Below, piece after piece: positions 1 through 9,200 of a stretch of DNA of 36,118 nt. The stretch's first letter is position 1. The number at the start of each line of letters is the position of its first letter. Both the position numbers and the translations under genes were made by a program. Origin of the DNA: a virus. The stretch is from positions 1 through 36,118 of the IMG/VR virus record IMGVR_UViG_2788499801_000001; one strand, given 5' to 3'. Under the pieces are notes generated by a model that saw only the letters and a list, made by a program, of their open reading frames with translations, was not told where the DNA came from and ran no database searches.

Positions 1-77
1 ATCACCGGGAACCGTACCTGTGCCAACAGGTGTAATCGTAATACTCATACCGCAACTGCCCTTACGTTAGTTATATA
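1..77. repeat. Terminal direct repeat, copy 1 (identical to 36042-36118); circular-closure overlap
   Basis: All 77 nt at the window start match the last 77 nt base for base. The repeat is bounded exactly by the window ends, as expected for an assembler overlap on a circular or terminally redundant molecule. Confidence 0.95.
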
Positions 78-386
78 ATCTGTGGTCGAATCACGTTCGA
101 ACTCAAACTCCCACGCGGTAGGAGTTTCAACCGCAAGCGCATCAATCTGTACAGCCATATTCTGTAATGTCTCTACAATCGGGGAAATGTCAATCTGACC
201 AATACCCTGGATAGCCAATTCAATCTGCTGTAAAAGCATGGGATCAATGCTGTTATCTGGAAACCGTATGTTCTGAATTGCGGATATGATTGCCTGTGTG
301 CTTTGCTGCTCAATCTGCTGTATATACGGGATAACCGCTTTGCTTACCAGTGCGCCCAGTGCTGATTTTCTGTTCTGACCATTCAT
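45..386 (-). CDS. Hypothetical protein (morphogenesis block, downstream of portal)
   Basis: 113 aa. ATGA overlap with the portal stop (383-386). Its own TGA overlaps the ATG of the fibre gene across the circular junction. No motif recognised. Confidence 0.7.
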   Translation of the reverse strand: MNGQNRKSALGALVSKAVIPYIQQIEQQSTQAIISAIQNIRFPDNSIDPMLLQQIELAIQGIGQIDISPIVETLQNMAVQIDALAVETPTAWEFEFERDSTTDYITNVRAVAV

Positions 387-2341
387 GTCACCGCCCTCGG
401 CTTCATCACTTCGCCCATCAGAATATCCGATTTGATCTTGTGTGTTTCAGCGCGGGTTTTATCAATATCGGCACTTTGTTCAGCATCATCCAGATCAGCA
501 CCAATCGCCTCGATCTCGGCGGCAACACCAAGCGCATGATCCTTGGCAGCGCGGGCCTCTGATTCGTTGTCCTTACGCAATTCCTCACGCTCATCAAATT
601 GCTGAAGCGCATGTTGTGATTGCTGCAACTGTCCCTGGCTCTGCTGTAATTGCCCTTGCGCCTGTTGTAATTGCTGCTGGAGTTGCTGCAAGTTCTGCAA
701 ATTACCCATCTGCTCCCCAAGGCCGTTAACGGCATCTTCTAACTGTTTGCCGTGCTTGTGGCTTGATACGATAAACAACAGGATTTCCTGCACGATTTCA
801 ACCGGCATAATGCCCTGCTGGATTAACGGCAGGACATAACCCAGTTTTTCTAACAGCACATTGACTAACTCAAGTTTCTGCTGTTTTTCCTCAAGATCGT
901 CTTTAACAATCGTTGAATCACTCTCAACATCAATCGCAAATGACCGGCCAATATCGGACTTCATCATCTTGACCATACGATCAGTGATTTCAATGCCTGT
1001 CATCATCGTCAATTGTGCAGGTTCAAAATGCTCGCAGATGATCTCAGCCATCATGCGTAATACATCGCGCCACATGCGGTTAATCTCTGAGGTCTTTTCA
1101 TTTAAGCGAACATTGGCCCATTGGCCTTTTATGCTCTGCGCTGTTGCAGTTTCGCTTGCTTTGGACGCTCCCCGGATAATATCTGATATGCCGATCACTT
1201 CATAAATCTGGTTCTTGACCGATTCAACCTGTACATCAAGCTCACGGATAACAGCAACACGATCAGCCATTGGTAAATCAGCGATCACCGCGTTCATGCT
1301 TGCTGTGCCACCGGATGACTCCAGCATTTCAAGGAGATTGGTTACAGGTATGTTTGCACCGTCTACAGAATCCTCTAACTGCTGTAAGGCATCTGCAATC
1401 TTGGCATCATAAAGCCGTACTGATTTAACGTGCTTGACCAATGCCGAGCGTCTTTGTGTCAGACGGTTTAGCTCGACAATGTTCTTTTCAATAAATGAGT
1501 AATCAGGTTTAGGTATCAACTCATCAGATTTCAGATTGTCAAATGCAGGCCGTGGGAATGGATAAAAGCCCTGTAAGTTCAGTTTATCATCGTACTCATC
1601 TAAGGGCTTTTCCTCACCCTCAACAATCACCCAGACCTTACGGCGTTTCTTATCAAATACTTCATACTTGATAATCTCATTCTTGTACTTTGAAGCCTCA
1701 CGGTCCTCTTTTTCAACATCACCGGATTTAACCTTGCGGTTATAGTCAGCAAGGATTTCCTCGGCATTGGTATATGTCTTGATATATGCCCAATTAACGT
1801 CTGACCACTGATTATGTCCAGGTTGCCAGCCGAAGTTAGCGCCGGACACATGCTCAATACCCACACGTTGACCGGCTATTTCTTCAAGCCCCTGATTGAA
1901 TGTTGGCTCAGTGCGCTGTAGATCGCCCTCTACCTCGTCTTGTAGCGGCAGGGTATCCACATCATAGATAACCCGTGGAACGCCCAGTGCAGAGCGTACA
2001 AAGTCCTGTGCAACCGCATTTGCCGGTGAATCAAAGCCGTTTACGTCCAGATTGTACTCAATGGCGCGTTCAACTAACCGGGCAAGTTCTTTTTCTTCGG
2101 GATCCGGCTTTTGATACCGTCTGCGTACATCAGGCTTCGGCCTGCTTGCATACACCGCGCTCTTAACGATCTTACAATTTGCCCAGTGAATATTAAAATC
2201 GTGCTTTAAATCGCCATCATCACGGGCAGCTTTCTCGGATTTCTTAGCCTCTTTGCGGTATTTCTTGTGCGCTTGTTTCTCTTTGTCGATCTCACGCAAC
2301 CAATACTTTACAGGCTGTTTTTTGATGGATATTTTATTCAT
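383..2341 (-). CDS. Portal protein
   Basis: 652 aa, directly downstream of the terminase large subunit. The C-terminal ~110 aa form a Gln-rich heptad-like segment (NLQNLQQLQQQLQQAQGQLQQSQGQLQQSQ) reminiscent of the P22-type portal barrel. Confidence 0.8.
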   Translation of the reverse strand: MNKISIKKQPVKYWLREIDKEKQAHKKYRKEAKKSEKAARDDGDLKHDFNIHWANCKIVKSAVYASRPKPDVRRRYQKPDPEEKELARLVERAIEYNLDVNGFDSPANAVAQDFVRSALGVPRVIYDVDTLPLQDEVEGDLQRTEPTFNQGLEEIAGQRVGIEHVSGANFGWQPGHNQWSDVNWAYIKTYTNAEEILADYNRKVKSGDVEKEDREASKYKNEIIKYEVFDKKRRKVWVIVEGEEKPLDEYDDKLNLQGFYPFPRPAFDNLKSDELIPKPDYSFIEKNIVELNRLTQRRSALVKHVKSVRLYDAKIADALQQLEDSVDGANIPVTNLLEMLESSGGTASMNAVIADLPMADRVAVIRELDVQVESVKNQIYEVIGISDIIRGASKASETATAQSIKGQWANVRLNEKTSEINRMWRDVLRMMAEIICEHFEPAQLTMMTGIEITDRMVKMMKSDIGRSFAIDVESDSTIVKDDLEEKQQKLELVNVLLEKLGYVLPLIQQGIMPVEIVQEILLFIVSSHKHGKQLEDAVNGLGEQMGNLQNLQQLQQQLQQAQGQLQQSQGQLQQSQHALQQFDEREELRKDNESEARAAKDHALGVAAEIEAIGADLDDAEQSADIDKTRAETHKIKSDILMGEVMKPRAVT

Positions 2342-2413
2342 TTATCCGAAATTGTCCATTTTGTAACCCATTGATTTATACATGATTAATGACAAGTCCC
2401 CACTACTGATATA

Positions 2414-4021
2414 TCACCAATGTTGTTTGGCTGTATGTGGCTTCCAGATTTTCTCTATTATCAGCGCATCCGGCACCACTTCTGTATCCGGTTCATCCTC
2501 AATCGGCGCCTGTTCCCAAATCCTGTCAATATGACGCCCAAATGCACTACAGGCATCCACACCATCATCATATCGACCTGCAGGAAACCGCAACAACTGA
2601 TCTAACAGAACCTCAGATAGTTCGTGGTTCTTGGGTAAATGCACCAAACCCATACCGGCTATACCCTGGAATGATGCAGCCCTTATGGTTTTCTTCTTGC
2701 CGCCATGTGGGACGGAGCGTATTGAACATAAAGCCTGTTCCTTACGCATACGCTTTTTCAGAAACGGCTTGACCGCTTTGAAAATGTTGTCATCCTCCGG
2801 CACTAGCGCCAAAGGTTTGTAATGTTTGATTAAACCCGGATTATTACCACCAGAACGTTGATCGCCGGTTAATACCTCAGTCCATACATCAGTTTCAACC
2901 TGGCCACGCCATAGATTGAGGATATAGACGTTTCCTGATGGTGAGACACCCCAGACTATGATGAACGTCCAATCACCACCCCCCGGCGTTTCTGCGGAGT
3001 CCAAAGTGATATAAACATTCAGGTGCTTGGGTGGTTCAACATACCAGTGAAAGTCATCACGTTTGAAATATATACCGTCCTCAGCCGTGGGCGTTTGCTG
3101 GAACAATGACCGCCACGCCCTTGGTATACGCTTAAACGGTTCAAAGTGCTTGGCAGTAAACCACTCAGGCCAAAGATACTCGCCTATCTCGCGCCCTAAA
3201 GGATCGTCATCACGCTCACATTGAGCTTGTAGGCAGATTACAAACCACAACCGCCCATCTTGGCCCTGTATATAACCGCTTTCACCAGCCCAGTTCTCAG
3301 GCAGTATATGGCCTGCAAGGTCAAGTTCATTCCATCGTGTTTGAATTAAAAATTGTTTTCCACCGGGTTTTAACCGGGTTAGTGCATCATCGCTATATGC
3401 GTTCCAGGTAGCCATCTGCGTGGCTTCTGATTCTGCCTCTTGTCTGCCCTTAACCGGATCATCAACAATCAGCAAATCACCCCTGTTTCCCGTTAAACCC
3501 GACAACAAACCAGCGGCCATGTATTCTGAGCCATTTTCCAATGACCACTCATCAGCAGCTCGGTTATCCGCTTTAACGCATGTGCCAAATATGGATTTAT
3601 ACCCATCACTGGCGCATATTGATCTTGCACGCCTGCCGTGCTTTTTCAGTATGTCAGAACCATAGCCGGTTAAGATCACCTGATAACCTGGTCGCTTGCC
3701 CATCAAATAAGCAGGTATAACAACATCAAGGTAAGTTGACTTCGCTGATCCTGGTGGCATGAACGCCATTACACCATCAGCCTCAACGCCATTGTGTACC
3801 AGTTTACCGTCTATTAAATCCTCAGCGGCATTGAGTAATAGCAAATGGTGCTTGGCAATAGATGTTTCTATCGGATGGAATATCCATTCATCTTCATCCT
3901 CGCTTACAGGCTTGCCGGGGATGGTTATTGCGTTGGCAAACTCAGCCGCGCTATTTCTAGCCCTTAACCTTCGCTTTTTCTCCAGCAGAAGCTTTAGCAA
4001 GTAATCGTTCGATCTCTCCAT
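2414..4021 (-). CDS. terL: Terminase large subunit
   Basis: 535 aa. Walker A-like FMPPGSAKST and Walker B-like DLLIVDDP. The C-terminal half has acidic nuclease-type residues (YITLDSAETPGGGDWT). Lies between a small upstream ORF and the portal. Confidence 0.9.
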   Translation of the reverse strand: MERSNDYLLKLLLEKKRRLRARNSAAEFANAITIPGKPVSEDEDEWIFHPIETSIAKHHLLLLNAAEDLIDGKLVHNGVEADGVMAFMPPGSAKSTYLDVVIPAYLMGKRPGYQVILTGYGSDILKKHGRRARSICASDGYKSIFGTCVKADNRAADEWSLENGSEYMAAGLLSGLTGNRGDLLIVDDPVKGRQEAESEATQMATWNAYSDDALTRLKPGGKQFLIQTRWNELDLAGHILPENWAGESGYIQGQDGRLWFVICLQAQCERDDDPLGREIGEYLWPEWFTAKHFEPFKRIPRAWRSLFQQTPTAEDGIYFKRDDFHWYVEPPKHLNVYITLDSAETPGGGDWTFIIVWGVSPSGNVYILNLWRGQVETDVWTEVLTGDQRSGGNNPGLIKHYKPLALVPEDDNIFKAVKPFLKKRMRKEQALCSIRSVPHGGKKKTIRAASFQGIAGMGLVHLPKNHELSEVLLDQLLRFPAGRYDDGVDACSAFGRHIDRIWEQAPIEDEPDTEVVPDALIIEKIWKPHTAKQHW

Positions 4022-4268
4022 CCAATTTAACCTCGTTCAGTGCCTTCGGGTTTTCCGTAGCTACACTGCCGGTGTGTTCAACCTGGCATTGGTCTGGTAA
4101 TACTTTTGCCAACAAAACCCGTGCTGCTGTGACTTGTGGCGAAGTCATTATCTTGTCCAGATAGTTTCCATCTGAGGGTTTTGCTTCGATAAAGTCGTGC
4201 AGGCGTTTGGTTATCATTCCAGCCTTAATTCTGGCTCTTGCCTTTTCTGGATATGATGTTCTTTTCAT
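3957..4268 (-). CDS. Terminase small subunit candidate
   Basis: 103 aa, basic and helical, immediately upstream of terL and overlapping it by 65 nt. Contains the segment MTSPQVTAARVLLAKVLPD that I associate with small terminases. The call rests on position only. Confidence 0.5.
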   Translation of the reverse strand: MKRTSYPEKARARIKAGMITKRLHDFIEAKPSDGNYLDKIMTSPQVTAARVLLAKVLPDQCQVEHTGSVATENPKALNEVKLDGEIERLLAKASAGEKAKVKG

Positions 4269-4392
4269 TGCGTTTCTCGTAAAACCTTTAGCGATTAAGC
4301 CCCGTAGTCGCCTGTTACATTGAGGTTAGTTACGTGTGTTATTAAGAATGGTTACGCCTATTGCGCTTGTTCTTGCTGCAAATTCACTCAAG

Positions 4393-4698
4393 CTACCGGC
4401 TCCCAACTTTAGCGGTTACGCCAACAGCGGAGGTCCTGGCCGAGTACTCAACTCTTACCGTAGTAATGCCTTCTACTACTACAGATGGCAAGGTTGCGCC
4501 AAGTTTGATTTCAGTGCCTAATAGATCAAACATTGGGTCCCAAGTTCCGTCTGGGTTCTTTTCTACTACCGCACCAACTTCAGCGGCCATGTTGCTAACA
4601 GGGTAGGCTTTAAGTGTCACCGGCAAGCTGTCTATGTCAATAGGATCTGAATTGGCAGCTCCTGTTCCCTTGTCTAAAAGTTGGATTGCATCTGACAT
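4393..4698 (-). CDS. Hypothetical protein
   Basis: 101 aa. Strong SD (ccAAGGAGacaac) upstream of the ATG at 4698. No motif recognised. Confidence 0.7.
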   Translation of the reverse strand: MSDAIQLLDKGTGAANSDPIDIDSLPVTLKAYPVSNMAAEVGAVVEKNPDGTWDPMFDLLGTEIKLGATLPSVVVEGITTVRVEYSARTSAVGVTAKVGSR

Positions 4699-4738
4699 GT
4701 TGTCTCCTTGGTTAGTAATACTTCTTCTGTTGCCATTG

Positions 4739-5254
4739 TTACCGTCCTAAATATGGTGTGCTGTGGATGGGTTTTGGATGGTTGCCGACATCCATGATGT
4801 GATAGACAAACTCATGCCCAAGCTGCGCCCTGCGGTTTAAGCCAAGATCGAGATTCATTGCCTCTGCAAGAATGTCGCCTATGACACCGGATTGATAGCG
4901 GTCTGCAAAGTTATACGCGCTGTGTGTGTAGAGAGTGCCGTTTTCATAGCAGCTTGGTGTGCCGGTGATTCTGCCGCATTGATCGCCTATATCTGCCCAT
5001 GATAAATACTGGACTGTCAGCAACATGGTTGTGCTTTGTTCCTCACCCTGAATGTACATGGTCCCACCCATCGTACAGGCCACGGCAGCAGGCCATTTGG
5101 CGCATATCTGCATTAACTGGTCGTATGGCATTACCTTTACAGTTGCACGGGTCTGCACGGCATCTGATCGTGTTGTACCTTCATCAAACAAGTTGTCGAT
5201 AGCTGCACAGCTAATAAGGCTGAGTGCGAGTATGGCTGTTAGTAGTGTTTTCAT
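4739..5254 (-). CDS. Cys-rich lipoprotein (possible superinfection-exclusion or receptor-masking protein)
   Basis: The internal ATG at 5254 is preceded by GAGGA 7 nt upstream and gives MKTLLTAILALSLISC, with lipobox L-I-S-C. The mature part has 6 further Cys. A longer form from ATG 5353 (ATGA overlap with the upstream gene) would bury the signal peptide, so the start is ambiguous. Confidence 0.65.
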   Translation of the reverse strand: MKTLLTAILALSLISCAAIDNLFDEGTTRSDAVQTRATVKVMPYDQLMQICAKWPAAVACTMGGTMYIQGEEQSTTMLLTVQYLSWADIGDQCGRITGTPSCYENGTLYTHSAYNFADRYQSGVIGDILAEAMNLDLGLNRRAQLGHEFVYHIMDVGNHPKPIHSTPYLGR

Positions 5255-5349
5255 TAGAATATCCTCAGTATCGGTTTTCGGTTTCCACTTCAGCCGTGTG
5301 CTAATAGTGCTTGCACCGGTTTTACTGATCGCTATTAGGACGTTGACTT

Positions 5350-7128
5350 TCATAGCATCAACTCGTCTATTTTAGACTCATCATCTGTGACGTACCTGTG
5401 GATATTTCGTATAAAAACTGGCCCTTGTTTACTGGTATCATTGGGCTGTCGCATTATTCTCAACACAGATGACGCAATACCATCCCACGTGCCAGAGTAA
5501 TCAGTTTCTTCAGTACCCCATGTATTCCTTAGATTCACTCTCATACTTCCGGTTGCTGCGTTCCATCTGACCGCAGCTTTATACGGAACGCCAGCTATCT
5601 CTGATCCAGAAGGATTAACTGACGCTAAATTGTTAGCCGCGTCTTTGTAACGCATTTCACCGCCGTAACCAGTTGACTTGTAAAAAGATTTACCACCAGT
5701 AACGCCGTCACTATTAAGACCGCCCAAGAAGTTCATGTGTAAACTACCAAGAGTAAATTCAAGGAAATATGAGCCTACAGAATCGTCATGATTGGCTTTG
5801 TCAACGGTAGTAACTGTTTCTGCGTGGCTTACCGTAGCCCCTGCTGTGAATATTGGGGCTGATCCGGCTACTTCGCTGGCTATCTTGGCGGTATGACACT
5901 CGTCATTTCCGACATGAACCGCATCACCACTGGTTACTACCCGGATACCTGTTGCGGGGTTTGCCGTAGCTGCAAGCGATTCCATGCACTCATTAAAACC
6001 TGCTGTGGAATCAACTTCGGTTGTTACGTCCTGCCATGTTGAGCCGCCATCTACTGTGATTTCTACAACACCTGTGCCGGTATCTCGCTTGATAAACCAG
6101 CGTGTTGTCTGGTCGTCTGAGGCCGCTGTAATTGCCGCACCAATAACCGTTGCATTGCCTGCGGTTGCTACCAGCTTACAAGCCCCGTTTGCCTCGCCTC
6201 TCATGCCGATCTGGTCTTTCGTGACCGTCATATTTGTTGGAGTATAAGTGCCGTTTGTCAGATCATTACTGTATGTCTGACTGTTAGTTGCAGCAGGCTG
6301 GCCCAGCAGGGAGGGCATTACAGATAACGGCGACCCTACCGTCTCAGTGACTACATTGGACGTAACCGTGTTGCCGTTCTCGTTGGAGTAGTGCTTGGTT
6401 ACGGCTGCTGTGGTTGTTGGGATATAGGCTGATGGGGCTTGGTTGGTTTGGCCTGTTACGTCTTCCATCTGTGGGTGCCAAATGTCTATCTCATCACCAC
6501 TTGTGATAGCAATTACTCCAACATGTCCAGATACCACAACAGTAACGGGGTCTGCTGCCAGCCGTTGCCATGTTGTTGTAACGGGAACCATCGTGGCCCA
6601 GCTGGTGTTCCCGCGATAAATCTGTATAATACCTGATCCTGTTACGCGCCTGATCCACCAACTTGAACATGCATCTCCGGCAGAGGTGATATTGGTTTTT
6701 CTTATTCTCCCGCTTGCACCTGTAGCTGTTAACCTGTAAGCCGTTGTGCCGCCATTTGGGTCTGTTTGGCCCGGTGTAATCGTAGAATTGGAAGTTGTCC
6801 ATACCCCATCTTCTAAATCCTCAGACTGTAGCGCAAGATTCGTAACCTTCCGCGCCCCATGCCAAGGAGCCGAGTCCTCTGCGTTCTCGCGGTATACGTT
6901 CTCCCAATCAGGCAACGGGAAATCGGCCGGAGTCGTAAATGACGGGCTACCCTCGCCAATTAATTGCGCGTGTAGTTCGTGGTCGGCATCGGAATCATTT
7001 GAGCCGTCAAGCATGTATTGTGAACCGGCTGCGTACCAGACGGGCAGGCCGGATGCACCACCATCACCGAATAAACCACGCACCACACCCAATACAACAG
7101 GTCGGACAACTGGGACAACTATGCTCAT
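5350..7128 (-). CDS. Receptor-binding / fibre-like protein with two CBM-like repeats and a LamG/ConA-like C-terminal domain
   Basis: 592 aa. Two internally similar ~100-aa modules: TAYRLTATGASGRI..ACSSWWIRRVTGSGIIQIY..W and GACKLVATAGNATV..TTRWFIKRDTGTGVVEITVDGGSTW. Both are followed by ..TSGD.. strands. The beta-rich C-terminal ~170 aa resembles lectin/LamG folds. Confidence 0.55.
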   Translation of the reverse strand: MSIVVPVVRPVVLGVVRGLFGDGGASGLPVWYAAGSQYMLDGSNDSDADHELHAQLIGEGSPSFTTPADFPLPDWENVYRENAEDSAPWHGARKVTNLALQSEDLEDGVWTTSNSTITPGQTDPNGGTTAYRLTATGASGRIRKTNITSAGDACSSWWIRRVTGSGIIQIYRGNTSWATMVPVTTTWQRLAADPVTVVVSGHVGVIAITSGDEIDIWHPQMEDVTGQTNQAPSAYIPTTTAAVTKHYSNENGNTVTSNVVTETVGSPLSVMPSLLGQPAATNSQTYSNDLTNGTYTPTNMTVTKDQIGMRGEANGACKLVATAGNATVIGAAITAASDDQTTRWFIKRDTGTGVVEITVDGGSTWQDVTTEVDSTAGFNECMESLAATANPATGIRVVTSGDAVHVGNDECHTAKIASEVAGSAPIFTAGATVSHAETVTTVDKANHDDSVGSYFLEFTLGSLHMNFLGGLNSDGVTGGKSFYKSTGYGGEMRYKDAANNLASVNPSGSEIAGVPYKAAVRWNAATGSMRVNLRNTWGTEETDYSGTWDGIASSVLRIMRQPNDTSKQGPVFIRNIHRYVTDDESKIDELML

Positions 7129-7189
7129 AGTGCTTTCTGCTTGTTAAAAAAACCGCCACTGGAAATACAGTCTATGGGGCGACAACCGT

Positions 7190-7780
7190 TCATAGCTGCA
7201 CAATAGGAGTTGGTGACGGTGGTAATGGTGGGAATTTTGCTCTGAATCGTGCTGCGTCCAGGTCTTTCGCCATGCTGGCGATCGCCTTTTCGCCAAAATT
7301 GTCTTTCATCGCATATGGGTTAGGACCGGCTATCAGAGTGGCAAACCCTTCCAGCGCCTCGCCGTAGTTGTACGTAAATGGCGGTCTGGTGTCGGATAAA
7401 TCGCGCTCAATTATGGGATAAAATTGCTGGCTCATAGCAACTTTATTGCCGCTGATAAAGCTCGGTGCACCGCCGTCCTGCTGATAATTTCGGATTAACA
7501 GCTTGCGGGTTACTTCGTCGTAATCCCGGTCGATGAATACTGCGAACCATCGTGGTGCGGTTTTGGCCTGATCACGTTGAAATTCGTCTCCAATCGCCAT
7601 GGCAGCCAGGTATTCGTCAACCGCTTTGTGACGCACGCAGCCGTGCTTCATTTCGATCGAAAAGCCGTTTTCGTCATACTGATCCGGATCAATGGGGGTT
7701 TGTCCTGGTGATTGGTCATCAGGGCCAACAACAACAATTTCGCCGTCAACTTCCCATATTCGGGCAATCATCTTGCTCAT
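7190..7780 (-). CDS. Hypothetical protein
   Basis: 196 aa. ATGA overlap with the upstream lipoprotein gene stop (7777-7780). Pro-rich C-terminus (PPLPPSPTP). Confidence 0.7.
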   Translation of the reverse strand: MSKMIARIWEVDGEIVVVGPDDQSPGQTPIDPDQYDENGFSIEMKHGCVRHKAVDEYLAAMAIGDEFQRDQAKTAPRWFAVFIDRDYDEVTRKLLIRNYQQDGGAPSFISGNKVAMSQQFYPIIERDLSDTRPPFTYNYGEALEGFATLIAGPNPYAMKDNFGEKAIASMAKDLDAARFRAKFPPLPPSPTPIVQL

Positions 7781-8040
7781 TGTCCGCCCCCCTGAATCAA
7801 CGGTAAAACACCCAATATCACATCACGCATTGCTTCAACATCACCGCCGTTTGTGACCTCTCCGGCCTTTAGCTCAAATGCGCCGGTTTCGCGGTTGTAC
7901 TTGATTTCAATGCCGCCGGGAAATTCACGATATGTCTTGACGCTTATGTCTGTTGTTGCGCCATCTACCGTCCTTGACGCGGTATATGTGGTCGCACAGC
8001 CTGTTAGTGCGAGTAATAGAATTATTAAGATGATTTTCAC
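7777..8040 (-). CDS. Small lipoprotein (o-spanin candidate or other outer-membrane lipoprotein)
   Basis: 87 aa. GTG start with GTGA overlap onto the upstream stop, and GGAGAGGA SD. Signal peptide MKIILIILLLALTGC with lipobox L-T-G-C. Located in the lysis block. Confidence 0.65.
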   Translation of the reverse strand: MKIILIILLLALTGCATTYTASRTVDGATTDISVKTYREFPGGIEIKYNRETGAFELKAGEVTNGGDVEAMRDVILGVLPLIQGGGQ

Positions 8041-8453
8041 GGTGCTATCCTCTCCGGTCTCCCCCGCATGGATGATTTCTTAGCCCAACGCCTGACAGCA
8101 CGCCACCAAACCTTTGCGCGGATTTTCCACATGCCGTCTTTGCGGAGTAGTTCGTAAAAGATCCGGTCTGCTTTTCTACGGTTTGCCTCGCCTGTGATTT
8201 TCTTTTCACGCAACAATTGATAAAGCGCGTCATGGGCGAGTGATGCACGTTTGGCTTTTATGCTTGGTAGTGTCGGGCCGCTTGCGCCATCCCATGCGTA
8301 TCCAGGCTTGATTAGCAAAATACCGCTTTCGGACAGGTCAATAAACTGGGTTTCAATGTCTTTTTTTGGGTGAATGTCAGTGACAAAACATGCGCGGCTT
8401 GTTATCTGGTATTTGTATCCGGCTTTATATTTGATTTGATTGTAGTCACTCAT
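8037..8453 (-). CDS. DUF1353-like protein
   Basis: 138 aa. GYAWDGASGP and SLAHDALYQL motifs typical of the DUF1353 family. Overlaps the endolysin stop by 8 nt. Confidence 0.6.
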   Translation of the reverse strand: MSDYNQIKYKAGYKYQITSRACFVTDIHPKKDIETQFIDLSESGILLIKPGYAWDGASGPTLPSIKAKRASLAHDALYQLLREKKITGEANRRKADRIFYELLRKDGMWKIRAKVWWRAVRRWAKKSSMRGRPERIAP

Positions 8454-8787
8454 AAACCCACATGACCTCTGTATTTCTCATGTCCAGATGGATAAACGTC
8501 TTTGCAATTCCAATACCGCTAAACCCATGCCTGATAGCGTTGGAAACCAAGTTAAAGCGGTCTACAGAGCCGGTACATGCTATATCAGCAGCTATGCCCA
8601 GTGTGTGTGTTCCTGGCTTGTCTTTTGCTGCTTCAACGCTATGCAGGGGGCTTCTGTATCCACTGGTGATTACAAATGGAAATCCGCAGATACCACGCAA
8701 ATGGTCAAGCGATTGCAGGAAATCTTTGTTCATTTCGTTTTTGCCGGTTTCACTACAATCGAACTCGGACAACGAAAAGTATTTCAT
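8446..8787 (-). CDS. Endolysin, zinc D-Ala-D-Ala carboxypeptidase-type peptidase (Peptidase_M15 family)
   Basis: 113 aa. FSLSEFDC, FVITSGYRSPLHS, GTHTLGIAADI and FIHLD match the M15 H/D/H zinc-ligand layout. No signal peptide. ATGA overlap with the upstream gene. Confidence 0.85.
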   Translation of the reverse strand: MKYFSLSEFDCSETGKNEMNKDFLQSLDHLRGICGFPFVITSGYRSPLHSVEAAKDKPGTHTLGIAADIACTGSVDRFNLVSNAIRHGFSGIGIAKTFIHLDMRNTEVMWVYE

Positions 8788-9200
8788 GCAGGATCAGTCA
8801 GACAGTGCTTGCCGGATTGTTGCAGGCAGGATATTTCCTTGTTCAGCTTGGATTCGCGCTTTTGCAGCTCACGGTCTTTGTCGCGGTTATCGCGGGTATT
8901 GCCGTCCGGGGCTTCCATGCGTTCTTTTAGTGACCAGCGTTTATCTGAAATATCCTCAAGCCGGGTTTCAAGTTGCCAGATCGTAGTTGCCTCAACGTGA
9001 CTGTGGAAGTCACTGGCAAGCTGTGTCACACGCGCATCAACCACATGATCAGTCTTTTGAGTGTGATTACCTAAGTCTGCATGGGTTACAAACGTGGTGA
9101 ATATCCATGCGTATGCTGCAACTGTTCCCAGGATCATAACGACTAACGTCCTTGGTGTGATTGATATTGGCTTGTCGGCAATGCCTTTTGCATTCGCCAT
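8784..9200 (-). CDS. Type II membrane protein with periplasmic coiled coil (holin or i-spanin candidate); first late gene
   Basis: 138 aa. Basic N-terminus, one TM segment (TLVVMILGTVAAYAWIFTTFV), then a charged helical region with two C-terminal Cys. Immediately upstream of the endolysin. Confidence 0.55.
   Translation of the reverse strand: MANAKGIADKPISITPRTLVVMILGTVAAYAWIFTTFVTHADLGNHTQKTDHVVDARVTQLASDFHSHVEATTIWQLETRLEDISDKRWSLKERMEAPDGNTRDNRDKDRELQKRESKLNKEISCLQQSGKHCLTDPA

Noticed and set aside
1-77. The 77-bp end repeat as a biological direct terminal repeat or att site
   Set aside because: The repeat is bounded exactly by the window ends and cuts through a coding start. That points to an assembly overlap on a circular or permuted genome rather than defined physical termini. 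The sequence alone cannot exclude a longer true DTR.
4790-4830. HEFVYH in the lipoprotein as a zincin metalloprotease motif
   Set aside because: The spacing is HExxxH, not HExxH, so it is not the canonical motif.
5350-7128. Diversity-generating retroelement targeting the duplicated receptor-binding modules
   Set aside because: No reverse transcriptase ORF is present, and I found no near-identical template/variable DNA repeat pair. The two modules are similar only at the protein level.
7129-7189. T7 run (minus strand GGCGGTTTTTTT) after the 196-aa gene, as a possible terminator
   Set aside because: Only short 4-bp stems (CGCC/GGCG, ACTG/CAGT) with a large irregular loop precede it. This is too weak to call.
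8462-9000. Two long plus-strand ORFs (174 and 170 aa) antisense to the lysis genes
   Set aside because: They overlap the well-supported M15 endolysin and its coupled neighbours on the opposite strand. Their composition is Cys/Ser/Arg-rich shadow-frame, and they have no start context.
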